DNA of 59,740 nt, counting the filler, from Nitrospinae bacterium RIFCSPLOWO2_12_FULL_45_22 (GTDB taxonomy: Bacteria > 2-12-FULL-45-22), in assembly GCA_001803565.1 (NCBI GenBank). It is 4 parts of 4 records of this genome, joined end to end, with 100 filler letters (N's around TTAATTAATTAA, not from the genome) between each part and the next. Parts side by side here need not be neighbours in the genome. Positions count along the whole stretch, not along the records: positions 15,906 to 39,547 come from MHDQ01000284.1; 3 more parts are not named here. One strand, written 5' to 3'. This document shows positions 28,553-37,846 of this stretch, piece after piece (the stretch's first letter is position 1; each line of letters starts with the position of its first letter). Below the pieces are notes generated by a model. The model ran no database searches and was not told the origin of the DNA. It was given only the letters and a program-made list of their open reading frames with translations. The position numbers were made by a program, and so were the translations under genes.

Positions 28553-30009
28553 ATGTGCTGATTTATGTGCTGGATTGCCTTAGGAAGGATCACCTCACGG
28601 TTTATGGATATTCGAGGGAAACGGCTCCTAATATATCGCAATTAGCGATGGAAGGGGTTATTTTTGACAAAGCTTTTTCCCAGGCCACCTGGACCCGTCC
28701 TTCTGCTGGCTCAATGCTTACCGGGTGCTATCCTACAGTTCACGGTGCCGTAACCATGCAAGATTGTTTATCTAACAAGGTACCAACTTTGCCTAGCCTT
28801 CTACAGAATATAGGCTATAGGACTGCCGGCTTCTTTGCCAACGCGCAGGTATCCTCTTTCGTGGGCTTTAATCGAGGCTTTGAATTTTATGTTGATCTTT
28901 TTAAAGAGAAAGAGATAACGGGGAAGAGGTACCTCAGGGAAAAAAAAGGCGATGTAGATGTAATACAAGGAAATGTTTTTCCGACCAGTGAGGATATCAA
29001 TCACTACTTCCTGCCATGGCTTAGAAACCATACGAGGGAGAATTTCTTTTCCTTTCTCTGGTCCATAGATACTCATCTACCTTATTTCCAGGGCAAAGAT
29101 GGAAGATTCTTCGACCCGAACAATAAAGGTGTATTTGACGGAAGACGCGCTAGCATCAAAAAGATTAAGACCCAGGACGACTTTTCCCAGTTTATTAATT
29201 ACTATGACAGTGAAATTTACTATAACGACTACCAGATCGGTGAAATTATCACGGAACTGAAACGATTAGGTATTTATGAAGAAACCATGATCGTAGTATT
29301 GGCTGATCATGGGGAGATTTTCAATGATCATAGCCGTATAGATGATCTGTTTATTACAGACCTTCTTAAACGATATAGGCTGTTTCTTAGGAACAATCAT
29401 TACTATAGAATTAGGTGCCATAGTTCTATGCTTCCATATGATGTATTGATCAATGTGCCATTGATCATCAAGTTTCCTCATGGAACCTTTGCTGGTCAAA
29501 GAATTGATGCCTTAGTCCAGCTCATTGACTTGGCCCCTACTATTTTGGACTATTTAATGATTCCTGATGAGCTATGGGTTCTAAGGATGCAAGGTAAAAG
29601 CATACTGCCTGTTCTAAAAGAAAGTATGGAGGAGATTAACCAATTTGTTTTTTCTCACTCCCAGTTTCATCGTCATCAAGATTGTTATAATTCCGTGAGA
29701 AGCCAAGATCAAAAGCTTATTATAGCCATCCCTCCTAAGTTTACATGGAGCAATTTTCGCTCAAGGCCAAAGGGGTTTCTCCGACGCTACCTAGGCCCAA
29801 GAAAGAGGTTTTTCGACTGCACGATTGGCGAAAAGGTTAATTTACTGTATAAAAGAAAGAAAGAGTCTGCCCAATTGTTTGAGGTTCTGATAGAGTGGAT
29901 TAAGCAAAATGACGAGCAGCGATGCAGGATAGGTAATACTCAAATGAAAATCGATGTTAATGATGAAATTGTTAAGGGACAATTGAGGGCTCTTGGATAC
30001 TTCGACTGA
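28549..30009 (+). CDS. Sulfatase-like AlkP-superfamily protein (T-x-P-S-A motif, no signal peptide)
   Basis: VLDCLRKDH, ATWTRPSAGSMLTG, DTHLPY, ADHGE, VPLIIK, C-terminal LRALGYFD. Confidence 0.88.
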   Translation: MNVLIYVLDCLRKDHLTVYGYSRETAPNISQLAMEGVIFDKAFSQATWTRPSAGSMLTGCYPTVHGAVTMQDCLSNKVPTLPSLLQNIGYRTAGFFANAQVSSFVGFNRGFEFYVDLFKEKEITGKRYLREKKGDVDVIQGNVFPTSEDINHYFLPWLRNHTRENFFSFLWSIDTHLPYFQGKDGRFFDPNNKGVFDGRRASIKKIKTQDDFSQFINYYDSEIYYNDYQIGEIITELKRLGIYEETMIVVLADHGEIFNDHSRIDDLFITDLLKRYRLFLRNNHYYRIRCHSSMLPYDVLINVPLIIKFPHGTFAGQRIDALVQLIDLAPTILDYLMIPDELWVLRMQGKSILPVLKESMEEINQFVFSHSQFHRHQDCYNSVRSQDQKLIIAIPPKFTWSNFRSRPKGFLRRYLGPRKRFFDCTIGEKVNLLYKRKKESAQLFEVLIEWIKQNDEQRCRIGNTQMKIDVNDEIVKGQLRALGYFD

Positions 30010-30051
30010 GTCACCTCAATGAAAAGAAATTAAAGCTGACGTAAGGGTAAT

Positions 30052-31209
30052 ATGAAGAAGAGAATAATATTTTTTGAATCCTACTATCGATCCTTCTATG
30101 GTGCGCAGCAGAATCTACTTAGGCTTATACGGTTTCTTGACCGATCGAGATTCGAGCCGCTAATCATTATGCCTGGAGATGGGCCCTTGCGCATCGCTGC
30201 TGAAAAATATGGCATTCCGGTGAAGATCATTCCATATCCTCAGGCGCTCGATGTATTTGGTGGAAAACTGACCAGTTCAATGTTTTATCAGCTATCTGCC
30301 TGCTTTCACTTAGTAAGATATAGTCTTCAACTCTATAAATCTCTGAAGAATGAGCAAGTAGATATTATATGTTGTAATCAACGGCGTTCGCTTCTAACGA
30401 TTGGATTTATGGCAAAGCTCTGTAGAATCCCTCTAATCTGGTATCTCCGTACTGACATACCCAAGAGATTCCTGGATGATATAGGCTTATTCCTTGCAGA
30501 TAAGATTGTTTGCGTATCAGAAGGTGTGGAAAAAATTTTTACTGATAGGCAGAAACGGCATTATTCGAGGAAGTTTGTGGTTATTCATAATGGAGTAGAG
30601 CTGGATCGCTTCTCCGGCGAGATTGAAAGCTTTCGAAAAAGCACCTCTATTCCTGAGAAGGACTTCGTTATTGGTATGGTTTCAGCGATTCGCCCCCTAA
30701 AAGGGCACCGCTTCTTTATTGAGGCAGCTCGAAGGATGCTGCGAGAATACTCTCATGTTCATTTTGTTATCGTGGGCGGGCCGAACAATAACGAAGAATC
30801 CTCTTATCTGAACCAGTTGAAAGATCAGGTTCAACAGCTAGGAATTGGAAACAGAGTACATTTCTTAGGATTTAGAACTGATATCCCTTCAATCATGAAG
30901 GGGCTTGATCTTCTTGTTCTGCCAAGTTTTGCTGAAGGCCTTCCTAATGTCATCTTAGAAGCAATGGCTAGCGGTAAAGCAGTAATTGCTTCTAGGGTCG
31001 GTGGAGTAGAGCAGGTTGTAGTCGATCATGAAACGGGTTTACTTGTCCTTCCTAGAGACACTGAGGCGCTTTATAAGGCAATGCTCGAACTGATTAAGAG
31101 GCCGGCCAAGGTGAAGGTGATGGGAATTAAGGGAAAGGAAAGAGTGGAGAAATACTTTAGTATGAGCGGCTGTGTTAGAAAATTTGAGGATGTTCTTACA
31201 ACGATATAA
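30052..31209 (+). CDS. Glycosyltransferase family 4
   Basis: YGAQQNL, IHNGV, LKGH, FLGFRTD, PSFAEGLPNVILEAMASG. Confidence 0.92.
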   Translation: MKKRIIFFESYYRSFYGAQQNLLRLIRFLDRSRFEPLIIMPGDGPLRIAAEKYGIPVKIIPYPQALDVFGGKLTSSMFYQLSACFHLVRYSLQLYKSLKNEQVDIICCNQRRSLLTIGFMAKLCRIPLIWYLRTDIPKRFLDDIGLFLADKIVCVSEGVEKIFTDRQKRHYSRKFVVIHNGVELDRFSGEIESFRKSTSIPEKDFVIGMVSAIRPLKGHRFFIEAARRMLREYSHVHFVIVGGPNNNEESSYLNQLKDQVQQLGIGNRVHFLGFRTDIPSIMKGLDLLVLPSFAEGLPNVILEAMASGKAVIASRVGGVEQVVVDHETGLLVLPRDTEALYKAMLELIKRPAKVKVMGIKGKERVEKYFSMSGCVRKFEDVLTTI

Positions 31210-31222
31210 CTTGGGAAACATC

Positions 31223-32167
31223 ATGAAAGCCATCAGTGCTTTTCTTTCTATATATATGATTATGCTCGTTACAGCCATTTTATATTCGTCTAACGAATTG
31301 AAAATTGAGCCATTATCGATGTCAAAAGCCTTGGGAGCTGAGAGAGGCAATATCAAGTTTGGCCTGTATTCGGCCATTCCGATGAAGGGATCGCGAGAGG
31401 AGCAGATTGCACGGATGAAAGAATTACAAGCGATGGCTGTGAATACGGTGATTGAAGGGCGGTATAATCTTGGCGAACGATTTACACAGTTTGTTCGTGA
31501 CCTTCATGCCCATGGGATCAAACTGGCTGCCAGGGTAACTAAATCGAAGGATTGGTACGGCCCAGGAGGGAAAGGGAATTTTGAGCTATCCCAAGCAGAA
31601 AAAAAACTAAGAGAAGCCTCTACCTTCGCAGAATTTTTTGACTATCTTTATTTAGCCCATGAAGTCCATGAGTTTGCGACCCACGAAGAGAGAGTAAGGA
31701 TGTATAGACTTGCCAAGCAGTATTTTCCCGAAACCCCCATCATTATGTATTACGGCGCGTCTATTGATCGGATGGAACAAAAGCCCGGTAAGCTGAACCA
31801 TCGATATGGTCCGGGTGAATGTGATATAGCCCTTATCAGTGTCGGAAAAGCCAGGATTGATGGTAAGATTGATATAGAAGACGCTCTAAAAAGACTTGGA
31901 CAGCTTAGGGATATCATCAAACAAAGATCACCCACAGTAGAGGTCTGGGTTGTTAGGAGTTTTGCCCGTGATGATGCTATGAGAAGTGAGAAAACAAGTA
32001 TGTGGTTTCCAGAGGAAATACGATCATATGGAAGAGCTTTGATACAGTCCGGTAAGTTGGATGGGTTTTTCTTTAGAGGCTATGGCAGATTCACCTACGA
32101 CCTGGGTTATCCTGAATGGGAGGAGCAACGTAGAGCCTTCGGATCTATAGCCCCAATGAAAAAATAA
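31223..32167 (+). CDS. Exported hypothetical protein, possibly a TIM-barrel glycoside-hydrolase-like fold
   Basis: N-terminal hydrophobic segment; LHAHGIKL, YLYLAHEV, DGFFF(R) alternating beta/alpha pattern. Confidence 0.55.
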   Translation: MKAISAFLSIYMIMLVTAILYSSNELKIEPLSMSKALGAERGNIKFGLYSAIPMKGSREEQIARMKELQAMAVNTVIEGRYNLGERFTQFVRDLHAHGIKLAARVTKSKDWYGPGGKGNFELSQAEKKLREASTFAEFFDYLYLAHEVHEFATHEERVRMYRLAKQYFPETPIIMYYGASIDRMEQKPGKLNHRYGPGECDIALISVGKARIDGKIDIEDALKRLGQLRDIIKQRSPTVEVWVVRSFARDDAMRSEKTSMWFPEEIRSYGRALIQSGKLDGFFFRGYGRFTYDLGYPEWEEQRRAFGSIAPMKK

Positions 32168-32195
32168 CGATTAAAGCAAATGGAAAGCAAGATTT

Positions 32196-33686
32196 ATGAA
32201 CAAAAAACCCAACATTGTATTAATTGTTCTTGATACAGCCAGGGCCCAGAACTTTTCCTGCTATGGCTATCCCAGATCAACGACACCAAATATTGATGCT
32301 ATAGCAAAGGAAGGCACTTTGTTCTTAAACACCATAACACCTTCTCCCTGGACTCTTCCCTCACATGCTGCTATCTTTACAGGGATGCTTCCCTCAAAGC
32401 ATGGGGCTCATGAAAAACATAAATTCCTTGACGGTTGCCACAAGACATTACCTGAGGTTCTAAAATCTACCGGCTATTATACCTGTGCCATATCCAACAA
32501 TAGCTGGGTCAGCCCTTATTTTGGCTTTAGCAAAGGATTTGATATTTTTTTTAAACTATGGCAACTTTTCCAAGATGACTCTGATCCTCTTCCGGCTCTG
32601 AGAAAAAGATTCCTTGAAGAAAGAGATGCACGTGGGATCATTTTGGAGCTGTTGAGGCAAGGAAGCTTTAAAACCTTTGCTAATGGTTTATACAAACGTT
32701 TCTTTTATAAGAAGAGATATGACTGCGGAGCCAGACGGATTAATCGAATCGTTAGTCACTCACTTTTAAATATTCTTGGGAAAAAACAGCCATTCTTTTT
32801 GTTTATCAATTATCTCGAGACTCATCTTAAATATCAGGCACCAGAACCCTATTATGGGCAGTTCCTACCAGAGGGCATGAACAAAGGGATTGCAAGTAAG
32901 GTTAACCAGGATGCATTCAAATACATTGCAGGACAGGTTGAAATGGATAGGCTTGATTTTGAAGTATTGACCGCCCTATATGATGGTGAATTAGCCTATC
33001 TCGACTTTCGGATTGGTGAATTATATAGTCATCTCAAGGGAAAAGGGTTATTGGATGACACCCTTTTAATTATAACGAGTGATCATGGTGAAAATCTCGG
33101 TGAGCACAATCTGATGGATCACCAGTACTGCCTTTATGATACATTACTCAGAGTTCCTTTGATCGTTAGATACCCCGGGGTCTTTCCTGCTGGAGAAATG
33201 GTATCAACACAGGTTCAACTGGTGGATATTTTCCCAACTATCATGGATATTCTCCAAACTGATGACAAAGAGATGTCCCATGAGCTACACGGGCAAAGTT
33301 TGCTACCCCATAAGTTGGGGGACCAAGAACGTACCTTCGCAGTGGCAGAGTATCTTGGCCCTCAGCCTGCTATAGAGATAATGGCAAAGCGATACCCTGG
33401 GAGCGAGCGCTATTTGAATAAATTTAATCGCAGCCTTTTTGCGATTAGGACCTCCAGCTGGAAGTTTATAGAGTCCTCCGATGGAAGAAATGAGCTTTAT
33501 AACATTCGGGATGACCCGGGAGAAGTCAACAACCTGATTAATACCCAACCGGCTAAAGCAAGGGAGCTTGAAAGGACACTAAAGGAGTGGAAAGAGAGCA
33601 ATAATACCCGCTATATTGCTTCTGAACAGAAGGTAATAGATGGTGAAGTAAAGAAACGGCTGGAAGCCCTCGGGTATTTTACATAA
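32196..33686 (+). CDS. Sulfatase-like AlkP-superfamily protein (T-x-P-S-H motif, no signal peptide)
   Basis: PNIVLIVLDTARA, SPWTLPSHAAIFTG, PFFLFINYLETH, TSDHGE, RVPLIV, ELYNIRDDPGE, LEALGYFT. Confidence 0.9.
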   Translation: MNKKPNIVLIVLDTARAQNFSCYGYPRSTTPNIDAIAKEGTLFLNTITPSPWTLPSHAAIFTGMLPSKHGAHEKHKFLDGCHKTLPEVLKSTGYYTCAISNNSWVSPYFGFSKGFDIFFKLWQLFQDDSDPLPALRKRFLEERDARGIILELLRQGSFKTFANGLYKRFFYKKRYDCGARRINRIVSHSLLNILGKKQPFFLFINYLETHLKYQAPEPYYGQFLPEGMNKGIASKVNQDAFKYIAGQVEMDRLDFEVLTALYDGELAYLDFRIGELYSHLKGKGLLDDTLLIITSDHGENLGEHNLMDHQYCLYDTLLRVPLIVRYPGVFPAGEMVSTQVQLVDIFPTIMDILQTDDKEMSHELHGQSLLPHKLGDQERTFAVAEYLGPQPAIEIMAKRYPGSERYLNKFNRSLFAIRTSSWKFIESSDGRNELYNIRDDPGEVNNLINTQPAKARELERTLKEWKESNNTRYIASEQKVIDGEVKKRLEALGYFT

Positions 33687-33696
33687 AACTGTTATC

Positions 33697-35010
33697 ATGT
33701 CCAATATTTCCCAAACCTATATCTCCAAGAGCAATAAGTTTGCTTATTTTTTACTGATTACAGTTTTCTTGCTGTCACCAATATATCTTTTTGCGTCAGG
33801 CGGACCACAACTCGTGGATGCCCCTATTCTGCTTGCCATGATTTATATCCTTTTAACGCTTTATGACCATGAAATTCAATTATTAAGTCTTATTCTTATT
33901 GCTTTTTCCGCTTTTGTCTCATGGGCCATTGGGGTCAATATATATTATTATATGGATAGTTATAATCCATTTTATATTAAAGCGTCTTTGCAACTTTCTT
34001 ATGTCATGATGTTATTTCTCATATTTACTATTTTGTTTTTTAGGATATTAAATAAAAATGTAATTCCTTATATGTACACTGCACTATTATTAGCCATAAT
34101 TACGCCACTGTTCATAAAGGGAAAAACAGAAGCTGGATTTATGGCCAGGCAAGCTCTATCTTTTAATAATCCAAATCAGATAGCCCTATACGCATTGTCG
34201 ATAATGGCCATAACACTTGTTCTGAATAATTACTTTACATTTCTAAGCAGAAGAGAAAAGATTTTGAGCCTCTTCGTATATACCGTTGTATTTATCTTGG
34301 GACATTACTTTATAGTATTATCAGCATCCAGGGGCGGGCTCATAAGCTTAGTTTTGATAGACATGATTGCTATTTGGAAAACAAAGAAAAAAGCGCTATT
34401 TGCCATATTAATGCCGGTAATTTTTGTAGCTTTTATATTTTTGCCCGATCGTGTTATTTCCCAATACAATTTATCTGAAATGAGGGCTGTAAAGAGATTG
34501 GTAAACGCTGATCTTTCTGCGCTTTTAGCTAAAAGAACAGAGGGAAGGTTTGTTTTCCAGGATATTAGCATAATCTTTGGGCGTGGCAAAACCAACACTA
34601 CTATCGGGAAAAAAGAAGTTCATAATACGTTAGGTGATATTCTCTATTCCTACGGTGTAATTGGTATTTGTTTATTTTCTATTTTCCTTGTTTTCTATTT
34701 GAAACATTGTATTTGTGTTAGCTACAATATTCTAATCCTACTGGCTTTTGTCCCAATGAATATTTCCCATAATCTTTTTCGGTTTAGGACGATATGGATT
34801 CTTCTCGCATTAGTCTATAGCATTGGATTAATTCGTGGTAATTCATACCCGCCTGAGCGGGATAACTCCTGTATCGAAGCCGATCTTCAATGGGATATGG
34901 AATACCATCCTAATCCTGGCGCTCCCGCAGTAAACAAGGCTGTATCTTTACCCAAAAATTGGCCTGCCCAGAGGATGGGGGGAAATATCGTAAAGCATTG
35001 CCTCCCATAA
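33697..35010 (+). CDS. Wzy-like O-antigen polymerase/ligase family membrane protein
   Basis: Multiple TM helices; SFNNPNQ, SASRGG, EVHNT. Confidence 0.78.
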   Translation: MSNISQTYISKSNKFAYFLLITVFLLSPIYLFASGGPQLVDAPILLAMIYILLTLYDHEIQLLSLILIAFSAFVSWAIGVNIYYYMDSYNPFYIKASLQLSYVMMLFLIFTILFFRILNKNVIPYMYTALLLAIITPLFIKGKTEAGFMARQALSFNNPNQIALYALSIMAITLVLNNYFTFLSRREKILSLFVYTVVFILGHYFIVLSASRGGLISLVLIDMIAIWKTKKKALFAILMPVIFVAFIFLPDRVISQYNLSEMRAVKRLVNADLSALLAKRTEGRFVFQDISIIFGRGKTNTTIGKKEVHNTLGDILYSYGVIGICLFSIFLVFYLKHCICVSYNILILLAFVPMNISHNLFRFRTIWILLALVYSIGLIRGNSYPPERDNSCIEADLQWDMEYHPNPGAPAVNKAVSLPKNWPAQRMGGNIVKHCLP

Positions 35011-35032
35011 ATCTTAGTCCTCCACAAAAATC

Positions 35033-36178
35033 ATGAGCAAGAAAGCCCTCTTCGTTGCCAATACGGGTTTTGCCCTGCTTAATTTCAGGCTCCCTTTAAT
35101 GAAATTTCTATCTGATAAAGGATGGTCTGTAGTTGCAGTGGCCAATGACGAAGCAGATTTTGCGAAAAGATTTGCAAAAGAAGGGATCAAATTCATAAAT
35201 ATGTTGATCGATCACAAAGGAACAAACCCCATTGCTGACATGGGCCTTATCCGGAGATTGAATGCACTTTACAAAAAAGAAGCCCCGACTCTTGTCCATC
35301 ATTTTACCATCAAGCCTGTTATATTTGGCTCACTTGCTGCTAAATGGGCAAAGATTCCCGCTATTGTCAACACTATTACCGGCTTGGGTTATGTATTTGA
35401 GAAGGGCGGATTCATGATGCGGATTGTAATGGAACTTTATAGACTTGCTTTATCAGGTAGACCGCAAGTAATTTTTCAACATAATGATGATTATCGTTTT
35501 TTCATTTCCAATAATATCATCAGAGAGACAAAAGCCCGAGTAATATTGGGATCTGGGGTTAATACTGAAATTATACATCCGACTATGGCCAAAAAGTATA
35601 ATGGCGGCTTAAGATTTTTATTCGCTTCAAGAATGCTATGGAGCAAAGGTGTTCGCGAATACGTCAGTGCAGCAGAAAAAATCAAGGAACAGTTTCCTGA
35701 AACCAGTTTTATTATGGCTGGTGGGGCATCTGGCGGCAGTGCAAAAGGAAATCCAGAAGCGATTCCTGAGAAATGGCTATATGATGTTAATACAATAGGA
35801 AGCGTAATATGGATGGGACGCATTCCTTTTGAAGACGTTATGCGTCTGTTAGATAATTCGGACGTGTTTGTTTTACCGTCATATTACCCAGAAGGGATAC
35901 CGCGATCACTCATAGAAGCTGCTGCTAAAGGAAAAGCGATTATAACAACAAATACACCAGGTTGCCGAGAAGTTGTTATTGATGGTACCAATGGTTTTTT
36001 GGTCCCGCCAAAAGATGTAAATTCATTAACAAATAGTTTGCTTAAATTTATTCGACAGCCAGAGTTGGCGGATCAAATGGGTACGGCAAGTCGTAAACGG
36101 GCGGTAAATATCTTTGATGAAAAAAAGATTTTAGATCAAACTGCCCTGGTCTATAAAGAAGTAGGGGTTATCTTGTAA
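35033..36178 (+). CDS. Glycosyltransferase family 4 (CapM/PglA-like)
   Basis: NFRLPL, HHFTIKPVIFG, TITGLGYVF, GSGVN, SRMLWSKGVREY, EGIPRSLIEAAA. Confidence 0.92.
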   Translation: MSKKALFVANTGFALLNFRLPLMKFLSDKGWSVVAVANDEADFAKRFAKEGIKFINMLIDHKGTNPIADMGLIRRLNALYKKEAPTLVHHFTIKPVIFGSLAAKWAKIPAIVNTITGLGYVFEKGGFMMRIVMELYRLALSGRPQVIFQHNDDYRFFISNNIIRETKARVILGSGVNTEIIHPTMAKKYNGGLRFLFASRMLWSKGVREYVSAAEKIKEQFPETSFIMAGGASGGSAKGNPEAIPEKWLYDVNTIGSVIWMGRIPFEDVMRLLDNSDVFVLPSYYPEGIPRSLIEAAAKGKAIITTNTPGCREVVIDGTNGFLVPPKDVNSLTNSLLKFIRQPELADQMGTASRKRAVNIFDEKKILDQTALVYKEVGVIL

Positions 36179-36395
36179 ATGTAGGGCTATAGTGTCAAAT
36201 TTAAAGATGCAGGCATGGAATTCTAGGTTGTTGCTTCTAAATATGGAGAAAGCAATTTAAGAAACTGGTGGCATTATAGATATGTGACGCATACAGTATT
36301 ATTCGAGTTTCTTAGATTATGCACTTCTTATTTTGATCCTCTCTTACATCTTTCCTTTCGTGATAAACTTCTAACAAGATAAGAGTAGAAATTTA

Positions 36396-37799
36396 GTGAA
36401 AAGAGCAAAAGTGCTATTGATAAGTCCACCTAAAGGTTTATTTGCTGGATGTCCTGAAAAACCCAAATTTCAGACACATCCCCAAGGTCTTCTATATATA
36501 GCCAGTATACTTCAAAAAAATAAGCATTATGTTGAAATCCTCGATGCTTGGAGTTTTGGTCTAAACTTAGATTCCATTAAAATAAAAATAATAGATTTCA
36601 ATCCCCACATAGTTGGTATAACTGCTATGACAATTTTGGCTTACGATGCCTATCTGGTTGCTAAAGTGGTTAAGGAAATAGACTCTAAAATCGTCACTGT
36701 AATGGGAGGACCCCACGCAACTGCACTACCTGAGGAACCAATTAATACTGATAATATAGATATCGCTGTAATAGGCGAGGGGGAGTATACTATGGTGGCA
36801 ATATGTAACCAAGTTGCCCAAGGAGGTGAAGATCTAAGTGAAATAAGGGGTATAGTGTATAAGTGTGGCAAAAAAGTTATAAAAACAGATCATGCTTACA
36901 GAATAGAGCAATTAGATAAGATACCATTTCCTGCTTATCACCTTTTACCTTCTATGGCAGATTACAATCCACCTCCCCATTGGGGCAAAAAGGGTAAGTT
37001 TGCTTCTGTTATAACCAGCCGTGGTTGTCCTTATGGATGTGCCTTCTGCTGTGTAAGTGAGGCTTGGGGTAGAAAGTATAGATATCGAAGCCCTGACAAT
37101 GTAGTTGATGAGTTGGAGTTTTTAAACAAAAAATACGGTATAACCTTTATCTCTTTTAGAGATGCGGTAGCAACTCTTCACAAGCAAAGAATGATAGAAA
37201 TATGTAAAGGTATAATCGACAGGAAATTAAAGATGAAATGGAACTGTAATGCTAAGGCTCATGAAGTAGATGAAGAACTTTTGAGATGGATGAAAAAGGC
37301 AGGATGTAAAACTATTATGTATGGCATAGAATCTGGAAATGAGCAGATATTGTCTCAATTTAAACGGGCTGATAAGAAATTCATTGAACAGGCTATAAAT
37401 CTTACTCATAAAATCGGTATAACTCCCTATGGTTATTTTATGTTTGGTTTACCAGGGGAGACAAAAGAGACTATGAGAGAAACGATTGACTTTGCTAAAA
37501 GCTTAAAATTACATCAAGCTGGGTTTACTTCTGTAATACCTTTTCCTGGTACAAAACTATGGGATTATTGTATTAACCATAATCTTATCCTAACTACAGA
37601 TTGGAGTAAATATGATTTAAAAGGTCTTCCACCAAGTAAACACCTAAATTTGAAAGCGGAAGAAATTCTTAGGGCTCAGAAAACCGCTTTTAGAGAATTC
37701 TACATGAGACCAAAAGTTATATTCTATCAGTTAAAAAACATTAGGAGTTTTAATGATCTAAAAAATTATATCCTTGAAGCGCTTATAAATTTAATTTAA
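36396..37799 (+). CDS. Cobalamin-binding radical SAM protein (class B methylase-like)
   Basis: N-terminal B12 domain (GLLYIAS, MGGPHAT, GEGEYT); TSRGCPYGCAFC; YGIESG; FMFGLPGET. Confidence 0.92.
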   Translation: MKRAKVLLISPPKGLFAGCPEKPKFQTHPQGLLYIASILQKNKHYVEILDAWSFGLNLDSIKIKIIDFNPHIVGITAMTILAYDAYLVAKVVKEIDSKIVTVMGGPHATALPEEPINTDNIDIAVIGEGEYTMVAICNQVAQGGEDLSEIRGIVYKCGKKVIKTDHAYRIEQLDKIPFPAYHLLPSMADYNPPPHWGKKGKFASVITSRGCPYGCAFCCVSEAWGRKYRYRSPDNVVDELEFLNKKYGITFISFRDAVATLHKQRMIEICKGIIDRKLKMKWNCNAKAHEVDEELLRWMKKAGCKTIMYGIESGNEQILSQFKRADKKFIEQAINLTHKIGITPYGYFMFGLPGETKETMRETIDFAKSLKLHQAGFTSVIPFPGTKLWDYCINHNLILTTDWSKYDLKGLPPSKHLNLKAEEILRAQKTAFREFYMRPKVIFYQLKNIRSFNDLKNYILEALINLI

Positions 37800-37846
37800 G
37801 AGAATGAAAGAATATCTATTTACCCCTGTAAAAAAAACCGCCGGAT

